NCBI GenBank assembly: GCA_905178155.1
Contig: CAJINV010000003.1
Coordinates: forward strand, 4,029,253 to 4,093,252
Source: Amoebophrya sp. A120
Taxonomy: Eukaryota; Protista; Dinoflagellata
Direction of reading: 5' to 3'
DNA: 64,000 nt
The first letter of the stretch is position 1; the number at the start of each line of letters is the position of its first letter. The notes below the pieces were generated by a model. The model was not told the DNA's origin. It ran no database searches and saw only the letters and a list, made by a program, of their open reading frames with translations. A program made the position numbers and the translations under genes. Positions 1-10,289 of the stretch are shown piece by piece.

Positions 1-628
1 AAAACCTTAGGAGAAATGAGCAACGCACCAGCCTAGCACGGGAACAAGGCGAGACGGATGGATCCAATAATAACGCCGCTTTTGGTTCGTGTTGCGCGTT
101 GTGGAATACCAAAACTTATCAGCTCACGGAAACCTACATGGACATGTTTGAGAGGCCTTTTACTGAGCGACTACTCAGACTGATTCGGGGGGGGCTGGCG
201 GTCTGGACATCGGGCCAGGCGGGGAGGCTGGGGGAGGATCTGAGGACTGAGTGGGCGTCCTCCCTGGCTGAACGCACGTCCTCTCCTCTGGTGCGGCGAC
301 TGACACCACGATACTGCTCCGCCGCTCCGCAGCACGGCCCTCGTCGTCGACCATAGTATGATGGCGTATTCTCATCTGAAAGAGGAGGCAGAACACGCAT
401 GGGATCTTGTCGCTAGATTTTTATATGTATGTGGGCACTTGCTCACGTGCTTGCATTATCAGGGACGGCGGGATTGCTCTTACGAGGGTGTAGTGTATCT
501 GATTGGGCCTGGCGTGGCCTTGCCTCCTTCCTAGCGCATGGGAAGAGTTTGCATATCCTGCAGCATAGCGTCCTAAGAGCAATGCCGCAACGCAACGCCA
601 AAAGATGCAGAACAAAGCGAAAACCGAA

Positions 629-878
629 AGTTGTCATGCAGATTTGCAATGACAAGAACATTTGTGATGCGCATCCCTATGAGGGGCATTTCCAGTCGTG
701 TTTTGGAATTTGTAATGCTGTAAACAGGATACGCATCTCGATTTGTGATGCGGCTGTCCCTGCTAACCTGCACTACACTACGGGCTGCAACTTGTCATGC
801 GTGGTGTCCAAAACTCCAGGATCTGTGTTGCAGAGATCCCAACTTAACTATGGTGTGGGGACGTTTTTACTCAGGATA
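629..878. mobile_element. Introner family B, left TIR missing
   Basis: Right end tggtgtggggacgtttttactcaggata matches family B; the interior is the reverse complement of 4415-4698; similarity stops at about 629. Confidence 0.75.
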
Positions 879-3558
879 GCACGCCACGTTGAGAATGCCA
901 AGGTCCGAGAAAAAACTGGCCGCTAGGACGGTGGAGAGGACAATGGTGAAGATCACAGCTGTCCGCGATTTGTCTCCGCTGTTTTTGAATGGCGACAGCA
1001 TGGGGTTCAGCATCAACGGGTACACACCGAGACAAACAACCGACATTCCCGCTCGCGCAATCACGGAGTACCACGCACCCGCTGGAAGGTTGGATAAGAC
1101 CTGACAGTGGCATGGTAAACAACAGAAGATAGAAGTACTATACATACAAGTTGTAGGAAATGAATGTGCGATAAATTTTGTGCGAAGCCAGCCTTTCAAC
1201 TACATGCTAGTAAAAAATCAATGAGCCGCATATTGATACTACAAAAAGAGATTCTACTTCAGGAGCGTCAGCAGTACCGAAAAGATTCTACTTCAGCGCC
1301 AGCAGTAGCACGAGCATCCGAGGAATAAGAGGAAGAGCAAAAAACTTCTTTATTTGTACGTTTCCCTTCACTTCGGAGCCGTAAGTCATGTATGCGAAGG
1401 AGGAGAAGCTGGTGAACAGGGTCCAAAGTATCGTAAAGCTGAGCTGCAGAACTTTCGCGAACTGGGCTGGGCTTCGTTTTTCCATGGTCTCATACATCGG
1501 TAAAATGCAGGGCTGAATCACCATGGCCATACAGATGGCCGAGATGTAGGTGATATTTCCCGACGTGAACCCCAAGAAGCAGACCAGATCCGGGCCACTC
1601 ATTGGTTCCGTCAGGCTGCGAGCAGAATCAGAGCGTACTATGGCACTCGTCTCCTGCAGCAAGGACGCTGGGGGTGTACGACCTGGCACTGCAGCAGCAG
1701 CTGCGGCAGCCGCTGCTGCGGCCGCGCTCGGTTGTGCATGCTGCATGATCTCTTGGTGCGACATCAAGGGTCCGCCCTCCGGAGAAGATGGTATCGCTTT
1801 CTTCACGAAGTAATTGTAGACCACGGAGAAGACGACGAAGCAGTTGCTGAACACCCCGAGGGAGCTGGTGATTGCCAGTCGTTTTTGCGACAAAAAACAC
1901 AGGGGGAGAATCAGCAGCGCGCCGCAGATGACCGGCCAGAGGCGGCTGAGGTCGCTCCAGCCGGTGATAAAGCAGACGGTCGGGACCACCGAGTCCGCGA
2001 TGATGATGAGGTACCCGACCAGGGCCAGCCAGTAGGAAATCCAGATGGCCCCGGCGCAGGACCTTTTCCACGTGCCGCCGGAGAAGAGAAAGTTGCACTG
2101 CTCCAGCAGGTTCTCTATGGAATGCAAATATGTCTGGGTCTGGTTCTGGAGAAATGCAACTTGTGATGCGCATTTCACAACACATAAAAATCACTCATGC
2201 ACAAGCAGCAAAACCAAAAGCTGCCCACTTTCTGTCACCAAAGTGGGGCATTTGTCATGCGGATTTGCCATTGCGGAAGCTTCTCCAAACCTGTGATGCT
2301 AGCGCTTCCATGCCAGACCTTCTGTGTCATGCAAAAGCAGCATGACTCTTCCAGACCCAGACATTTTTGCATTTCATATTCTCCATGTCGTAGACCTGCA
2401 GAGCGTCGGCGCGGCGCACCATCGACATCATCGTGTAGTAGGAGAGGAACAAAATGCCAAAGTTCCACACGGCACCGTTCAGCAGTCCGGCCCCCGCGGT
2501 GGTCCACGGAAGGGACATATGAAATGCAAAAGTGTCTGGGTCTGGAAGAATGCGCGATTTGTCATGCAGCTTTTCCATGACCCATGAGGTCTGGAATGCA
2601 GGACCTAGCATGACAGATTCTGTGCGATCTCTCTCATGCCTATCCTGCGTGAGAAACTCCCTCCCGACTTGGTCAAAACTGGACGACTTTTGGTAGTCAT
2701 GCAACACAGATTTTTGCATGCTTCAGATTTAGCATGACAAGTTGCAATCTTCCAGACCCAGACATTTTTACATTTGATAGGACAGAATCCCGGCGCCAAG
2801 ACCACACAGGACCATGTTCACCGTGAGCCGCTCGAACGAGACTTGTTCGACAGGTTGTTCTATCAAATGCAAATATGTCTGGGTCTGGAAACTTGTAATG
2901 CTGAGTTGGAAATAGTGAATGCTCTGTAATGGATGTACAGCCAAGCATGAGAAATATTTTCGTGCCTAAGTGTTGCGGTTTCCGCATGACAAGCTGCGTT
3001 TTTGCATAAGAAGCAAAGGGGTCTCTGTCTTCTTGGACGCGCATCACACACTCTTCAGTCATGCCAGACAGGCATGACAAACCCTGCATCCTTCCAGACC
3101 CAGACATAGTTGCAATGCATATGTTCGGCGGTTGTACTATTGTGATTTTCAACGAGCGGCCGGTCCGCCTGGTCCGTATCAACTGCAAAAATGTCTGGGT
3201 CTGGAAGGATGCAAACTTGTGATGCGTGTTGCGGATCATACAAAAATCTGCGTTGCGTGACTTGCAAAAGTGCCCATTTCTGGCCATGCTGAGGGGGCAT
3301 TTTTCATGCAGAACAGGCATCACAGAGGGGCTGCACATCCTGTGATGCTAGGTCCTGCATTCCAGACCTCATGGGTCATGGAAAAGCAGCATGACAAATC
3401 GCGCACTCTTCCAGACCCAGACATTTTTGCATTAGATAGTCCGCTGCCGGAGACGAATCGTTGCCGTCATTCTCGCCGATCCGCAAGGTGATCTGTTCCG
3501 CGGTTGGAAGCGTGGCTGTCCCTTCATCAGCCGTCGTCGTGGCCGTGGATTTTGACAT
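879..3558 (-). CDS. Amino acid transporter, AAAP/Aa_trans (SLC36/38-like), multi-exon; 3' end unresolved
   Basis: ATG at 3558 (MSKSTATT). Removing four family-A elements (each plus one TSD) gives ...SPAADQADRPLVE...RLTVNMVLCGLGAGILSLPWTTAGAG...ALQVYDMENLLEQ..., containing the AAAP G-x-G-I-L-S-L-P motif. GT-AG intron 1359-1101 joins KGN|VLSNLP. The frame runs into the broken element at 878 after LGILNVAC. Confidence 0.85.
2116..2378. mobile_element. Introner / non-canonical intron, family A (263 bp)
   Basis: TIR tatggaatgcaaatatgtctgggtctgg / ccagacccagacatttttgcatttcata; TSD ttctc; removal restores VYDMENLLEQ. Confidence 0.92.
2518..2779. mobile_element. Introner family A (262 bp)
   Basis: Same TIR; TSD ggaca; removal restores GAGILSLPW; interior inverted relative to 3177-3438. 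Confidence 0.93.
2861..3121. mobile_element. Introner family A (261 bp)
   Basis: Family-A TIR; TSD tgttc; removal restores TTAEQPVEQ. Confidence 0.9.
3177..3438. mobile_element. Introner family A (262 bp)
   Basis: Family-A TIR; TSD gtccg; removal restores PAADQADRP. Confidence 0.92.
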
Positions 3559-4167
3559 AGTGGCTTTTTCTTCTTGATGTTGGGTACAATACCTATTTCT
3601 TCAAAGGCTTCAACATCAACACGGAAATCGATTTGCAGGGTTTTGCTTTTGCTTCGCACAGCATGATGTTCCGTAATATCCTAGATGCAAATATGAATCC
3701 TTTTGCATCATGAGTTAGTGCTTTTCTCTCGTCGGCCTCCTTATCATCTGGGTGGAAAAAGATGGAGGTACGGACACTCCCGCAATTTTTTCCTTTGTGC
3801 AACTTCTTGTGCGCCACGTTTTCGTTTTGTAGTGCTGCACCGACGGGGTGCAGCACGGTAGATCATGCTTGAACAGCCTACCACGTCGGTTCCTGCCGTT
3901 GTTGTGTCGCTGCAGGTTTCCCCATTCGTACGCGAAAAAAAAAAGCACAGTTTTGTTCTTAAAATTGTAGTGAAGTCCAGCTAGACTAGGAGCAGTAGGT
4001 TCTTCGACGCTGTCGCAGTTTCGCCTGCTTAAAGACATGTAGTGAAATACTATTAGCTTTGTTCGCTGCGTTCCGTACAACGCACGGAAGTTAGTGGAGT
4101 TATTCCTTTGTTTGTGTCGAGTAATGTTCACGGCCAAGGCCATTTCCATCATTTTTTCGATCTACTT

Positions 4168-7100
4168 CTACAGTAGATTATTTGTTTTTATTTCCTTCGT
4201 GCTGTCGTGCACGCGGCGTCGGAGCTTATCGAGGAACCGGCCCACTTTCTGGTCCAGATCCTCGATCGGGAGAAAGAAGTCCATGTATTTGAGGCTTCCC
4301 TGGGGATCCACCACGGCGTTGGTGTCGCTGGAGTTGCGCAGGTCGACGAGCGGCAGCTCGAGGTAGTCGTAGCCGACGCTGAGCGTCTTCGCGAACTCGG
4401 AATAGTAGCCGTGGTATCCTAGAGAAAAACGTCCCCACACCAGAGTCAAGATGAGGATTTTGCAACACAAACCTTGATTTGAAGTTTTGGGAGCCCCGCA
4501 TGACAAATTGCAGGCTGTATTGTAATGCAGTTTAGCAAGGGATGTCGCATTACAAATCCATCTGCATATCCTGTTTACAGCATTACAAGTTCCAAAACAC
4601 GATCGGGAATGCCTATCATGGGGATGCGCATTACAAATGCACTTGTGCTTGCAGATCTGCATGACAACTCTGGGGTGGGGATGTTTTTACACAGGATACG
4701 TGGTTGGTGGTGGTCAGCGCCGTGTCGTTGCAGTGCATCAGTGGGTTTGAATTGCAAAAGTATCGTACTCGTGTAAATGCATTACAAATTTCCTCAGCAT
4801 GAGAAATAAAATTTGTAATGCTAATTTGCCCTAAGAACAGGATTTGTAATGCATTATTGCAATACGAGTACGATACTTTTGCACAGGATACCGGGGAGTA
4901 CTTGAGCGCCCGGCGCTGAAGCAAGACCCGGTCGAACGCGTGCGAGCCTTCGTCGCCCGAAATCCCGAAGTGAATCTTCTCCTCCTTGGGGTTCTGGATC
5001 TGGTCCAAGTACGGCTCCAACGTTTGCCACATGTAGGGCTTCACGCCCTGGCACGTCTGCTGGAAGTTGATCTCCAGAAGCATCGCGTCCGGCTATCAAA
5101 TGCAAAAATGTCTGGGTCTGGAAGGATTCGAATTTGTGATGCGAAGTCTACATCAAGATAAAATCTGTCATGCATGGCTAGCAAAAAGCCCCATTTCTTG
5201 TTTCCGAGAAGGAGGATTTGTCATGCGGATTAGGCATTGGAATAAGTGCTCAAAATCTGTGATGCTAGAGCTTGCATGCCAGACGATCTGGGTCAGGCAA
5301 AAACTGCATGACAGATCTCGCATTCTTCCAGACCCAGACATTTTTGCAATCCATACCGGCTGCATCCACACGAGGTTCGTCACGTCCGCCCCGTGCCGCG
5401 CGATCACCAGGACGGCCCGCTGCATCACCCGCACCTGCTCGCACTATCCTGTGCAAAAGTATCGTACTACAGTAATCATAGTCATGCATTACAAATCTCC
5501 TTCTTAACCTCAATCCGCATTACAAATTCCACTTTTCATGCTGAGGGGATTTGTCATGCGATTTATACTAGTACGATGCTTTTGCATTTCATACGCACGG
5601 CGTTAGGTCAATCATCCGCAGAACATGGAGCGAAAGCTTCAGTTTCCGAGGTGGAGCAGGAGGATTATTTCTGGTACTGTCGTCGTGGTCTACTTTTAAA
5701 TCCTCTTCCGTGTAGTTGTCGTCCAGATCTTCATCCTCGCCGCCCAGGCACTCGTTCACGTTGGCGGAATGCTTCAGCGAGAGTTTTTTCTCGAAGTAGG
5801 ACACGATACCCTCCAAGTTCGTCCACTGGCGCTGCCCGGCGACACGACCGTGCCGTAGAATCAAGATACACCGGCGACCGCCGAACTCGCCCGGGAGGGT
5901 CCGCTTGTTCCATCGCGAGTGTAGTCCCCGTGGTGCGTGGTCGGGCTGCTTGTTAAAAAAGGTATCAGCCGGAGTTGTATGTTCCAGAGCTCCTCCTGTT
6001 GGACGAGTAGTGTCAGGTCTTGGAATTTTACACATGTCCCACACTCGCGCGCGTAGGAGGTGTGCGCTTTTCGTACTACATGACAAACCGTCTCGCGCCT
6101 TCTGCACCACCCAGTCAACGCGGTGGCGGCTGTAAAAGCCGGTCAATATCAAAAGAAGAAACTGCTTCACTGTAAGGATTTTGCAAGTTTTGCATTGCAA
6201 GTTCGCTACACATTACAAAGAAAACTTGCCATGCGAGGATCCTAAGGGAAAACACCGCTAAAAGTCACTTGTCTTGCATGTGTAGCAAGACAAACACTTT
6301 AGTGATGCTTTTTCTGCATTACAGGTTTACAGTGAAACAGTTTTTCTTTTTTCTTGCGATAGTCAAGACAGCAAAGGTAATGGAGCGCAGGTTGCTGACG
6401 GATTCGTGCCACGTCGCGATCTCGACGGGTTCGTCGGCCTCGTTGCCGAAGAGAAACCTGGTAGTCGCCATTTTTCTCTGTACATAGGCCTCGACATGCT
6501 CGGCGTAGCAGTTTGCAACTTCAGCAGGGAGCAGTAGATCATGCGTGGCTGCTTTAGTTTGCGAGTTGCGCAACTCTTCATTTTGCCCAGCAGCTTCTTG
6601 GTGCTGGATAATTCCACGACTTTCAATATCAGGCGCAGGTTTGGTGCAACGCTTTCTGATAGAGGCAGCGATCTGATGAATCTTGCGCGAGGTGGGTAGT
6701 GAATTACTAGGAGTTCTAGCCGATGACTGATCGGATGACGATGACTCTGGATCGGGTTCCGTTTCTTGTCCAACCGATCCGGCGCTGCTTTTTTGTGCTG
6801 CAACCGACGGCTCCTTTATCGGTATGCGTCGGTCTAGAAACCGAAATGCGGCCGTGCGCCAGGGACCTCCGCACATGCCGCCAAAGACCTCTTCGTTGCA
6901 CCCATGGGTGCCGGAGTACCCCACCCTGCAGTCCGCGTCTACCACTTTCGGGAACCGCGCAATGTCAAACTGTTTTTCGGATTCCTCCTCCAGCTCCAGC
7001 TCCGCGTCGGTGGACCAATACATAACGCCGAAGGACAAGGACATGGTTTTGCGCGTGCAAAAGCAGAAGTTCCCGTCCTGGATCCCGAAGTACGCCGTGT

Positions 7101-9324
7101 GGTACTGCAGCCGACACACCCCCGCGCAAGACTCCAGCATGTTCAAAGGGAGCCGGCCGACCGAGATCTCGAACGCGCGCTCCAAAGTGTCGTCGGAGAA
7201 GCAGCCCATGTATTCAAAACGCGCCTCCCCGGGCGCGAGGGTGTCGTCCGAGGCTGGCGACGAGTCCGCTTCTGGCTCCTCAGTGCCGCCGCGCCGAGAT
7301 GAAATTGCATTTGCAAGACTCTCATCGTCAACATTATCTACTTCCGAAGGAGGCCCCTTTGCCGCGAAGCGTATCAGCTGGTACCAAATTGCATTTCGAA
7401 GTTCGACCGCGGGCGCAACCCCGGTCTTCTTGGCCCTCTGCCGGGCGGGAGACCACCTGTGGCACTGCGCGTCCTCTCCGCCATTGCAGAACTCCGCCCC
7501 GGTGAAGTAGGGATGTTGTTCTGGTTCACCGTGGTCTTGGTTATTCAGGCGCGGAAAAATGATGGACTGCAAAACCACGTCTAGGAGGAGATTGTTGTGC
7601 GGCAACGTGTCCCTCCAGTCGTGCCAGAACTTCGTGCCCATGATGAAGACCTTCAAGTTTTCCTTCTTGACCAGGTGCAATAGCCAGGAGTTCGGGGAGA
7701 GGAGCTCAAACAGCCAGAAGGCCCAGCGGGTGAAGTGCGAGATGTTGCGCAGCTCGCCAATCATGATGTACAGCTTCTTGTCAACTTTGTGCAGGTACCA
7801 CTGCGGGTCAATGTCTTGCATCTTATCCACGATCACCACACGCCCGGGGTTGTCGCGGCTGCGCGCGAGAAAATGGTACACGATGTCGTGCATAATCGGA
7901 CGGTGCTTTGTCACCAGCTTCTTCTTCTTCTTTGTCGCTGCAGAATAAACGGTCGTCTGCACTGCGGTGGCGTCAGCGGTCGTAGTTGAAGGCGGTTCGG
8001 TTCCCGGCGTTTCGGTCTCACTGGATAATTCGTCTGTTGCTTCGTCGTCATCCTCCTCCACGACAACCGGCGTGCCACGAGGATCTCGCACCATACGATG
8101 CACAAAGTTTCCGGAGAAGCCATAACGATGCTGCATCAACTGCCAGCCGCGCATATGCGCTGCGTAGGTTTGTTGGTTCTGCTCCTCATCTGTTTCTAGG
8201 GAGCGGATAGCCATGCTGTGCTGTTCTTCGAGTAATTGGTGCAGCAAGGGTTTCGATTTATCTTGATTCGCATGATCTTCACCGAGAAGCTGTTGTGCGG
8301 ATGTCAATGCAGCAGGCTGAGTCTCTTTCTCCATTTCCTCGCTGAAGCAGTGGTCCCAGAGTCCCGCAGTGAAACTTTCGAACAGGGAGGCGGTGCGTGT
8401 GGGGTCCTTTCGCGCGTCCTTGTGCTCGCACTTCACGAACCGCTCCGCGATCTGGCGGCGCAGCGTCATCACCGAGGTTTGCTTGTTATGAACGTTTCGA
8501 ATGGGCACGATTTTGTTGAGAATTTCGTCTTCGGTCTCTGACATGTATTCTAGACTCCAGGAGTTGAAGCCCCCATGGCTCCAGAGGTTCTTCAGGCCAC
8601 CGTGTCGTACGAGCAAATCAAACGGTGTCCGGGTCGCGGTCGTGCCGGCGCCTCGCGCTGCTAGCATCGGGGCTCGTTGATACATCTTCGTCTTGGTGGC
8701 ATGTTGTTCGGGGCTCGGGCTCGCATTCGGGCTCAACAGTCCCTCCGCGGACGCTGGTACAACTACGTGCTCGCGCGAAGCGGGAGAGACTTCGGTGGAC
8801 ACTCCAAATATATCTCGTTCCAGTTCTGCCCGGACTGCTTGACTTGCTTGGGAACGCGTTGAAACGTCGCTCGGGGATAATCCAGGGACCTGTTGCTGAG
8901 TGGTTCTTGCGGCAGCCGCGCCCACTTGTTCTTCGGATCCTGGGTCGGGGGCTGCTGAAACGGGTGGGGACGCGGACGACCCACCAGTGCTGGCGACCCC
9001 ACATGGCGCGAGCAGCCATAGGTGCATGAAGTCCAGCGCCACCTTGCGGCTCACGAAGGAGTTCCGGAAGAAGAATGTGTCGCTGCAGTTCAGTCTCAGG
9101 CTGCCCAGGTCCAATCGCAGGCGGCCGCTCTGGCCGTGCAGTTGCGCCTTGAGAAATTCCTGGTCCATGTTGACCTGCGTGTCGGTTCTTGTCACTCGCT
9201 GCTCCACCATCTGGTCCTCGTCCGCCTGGGGCTCCACTTGCTTGTGGTGCTCCACTTGCGCCTGACTCCGCAGAACCAGAAGCAGGGTGAGCTGCCATTT
9301 CTTCATCGACAGGAGGAAGATCAT
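4168..9324 (-). CDS. Large secretory-pathway glycosyltransferase, GT61/DUF563-like, with an internal WSC domain; five introners
   Basis: Hydrophobic N-terminus. WSC motif YMGCFSD...CAGVC...YFGIQDGNFCFC at about 7050-7220. After removing the elements the C-terminus reads MIDLTPCEQVRVMQRAVLVIARHGADVTNLVWMQPDAMLLEI, matching the GT61 EQ..M......HGA..TN..(F/W)M.P...LLEI signature. Stop at 4168. Confidence 0.8.
4415..4698. mobile_element. Introner family B (284 bp)
   Basis: TIR tatcctagagaaaaacgtccccacaccagagt / actctggggtggggatgtttttacacaggata; TSD cgtgg; removal restores TTNHGYYSEF. Confidence 0.92.
4746..4890. mobile_element. Introner family C (145 bp), decayed end and TSD
   Basis: TIR core tgcaaaagtatcgtactcgt / acgagtacgatacttttgca; left end is ttt rather than tat; flanks gtggg vs ccggg. 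Confidence 0.8.
5094..5355. mobile_element. Introner family A (262 bp)
   Basis: Family-A TIR; TSD ccggc; removal restores VWMQPDAMLLEI. Confidence 0.93.
5445..5593. mobile_element. Introner family C (149 bp)
   Basis: tatcctgtgcaaaagtatcgtacta ... tagtacgatgcttttgcatttcata; TSD cgcac; removal restores LTPCEQVRVMQ. Confidence 0.9.
6147..6361. mobile_element. Introner family D (215 bp)
   Basis: Imperfect TIR tatcaaaagaagaaactgcttcactgtaa / ttacagtgaaacagtttttcttttttcttgcgata; TSD gtcaa; removal restores ITFAVLTGFYSR. Confidence 0.85.
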
Positions 9325-10289
9325 CCATGATTATTTCAAGCTGCAATGTGCGGGCGAAACAAGCCGGGCTAAATTACAAGATACAGGTTCAGGTCCACAG
9401 GATCTGGAACGATCGTAATGGGGCAAAAGCCGTTTATTTGTGATTGTGGGTCTTAGGCTTGTTGTTGATTTCAACAAACACAAAGCAGAAAAACATAAGG
9501 GTGACCCTACATGGAAATGGAAAACAAAAAGGGGAAACCAAAAAAAAAACGAAAATAAAATGCCAAAAAGAGAAGAAAGAGCGGACAAAACCAAAAAATT
9601 ACCTAACACTTCGGTTTGCATTTGCATATCAACATTTCAAAACGATCTTGTACTTTTGACAAAGAACAAGTCCACGCCACGTGTTCGTTTTGAAGTTTTC
9701 CTTCCTCCATTGCCGTGTATCTTTTCGTAGCTTTTTCGAAGTTTCTTCTTCTTTCCAAACCTTTGTACAGTCATGTCCGTCTTGACCGCCCAGTCAAAGT
9801 CCTGCGCTGCGGCCGGCAAACGATAATTCCGCGGTGCCTTAATACTGGATTCCCAGGGCCAGCACAAGGCATTTTCATTCCAGCCTAACGCAGTACTTGC
9901 AGGCGTAGTCGAAAATTCTCAGTAATTGTAATAGTAAACTCAAAGTATTCAGTGTGTGCGTGGCCGAGCGAAAAAGCGCCACAGCTGCATATCATTGAAA
10001 ATGCAACACGCTGCTTCCACGTTGGCGGCAAGCGCTGCATTTTCCTGTCAATTGAAATACTTGGATAATTAAGTGTGATCGAAGTGTTACCTTGTGAGTG
10101 AAGTGTGACTGTGAGTGTGCCTTTTCGAAGAATGCATGAGCAAGGGCAAAAATTGTGAAACAGAAACAAAGCGCCGATCTCCGAGGACGGATGGAAGAGT
10201 CGCGAGTCCGTAGTCTTGTTTCGCCCAACAGCGAGTAAGAGACGGCTCCTGGTCCTGCTCGACTTCGAGCGTTCTTGTGATCGTTCTTC

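Noticed and set aside
2116-3438. Recurrent tgtctgggtctggaa repeats resembling a CRISPR array
   Set aside because: They alternate in orientation as TIR pairs with TSDs, the 'spacers' are exons, and the context is eukaryotic.
2130-3558. Many short ORFs containing MQKCLGLEE / LPDPDIFA / FQTQTF
   Set aside because: Translations of the family-A TIR in different frames, not proteins.
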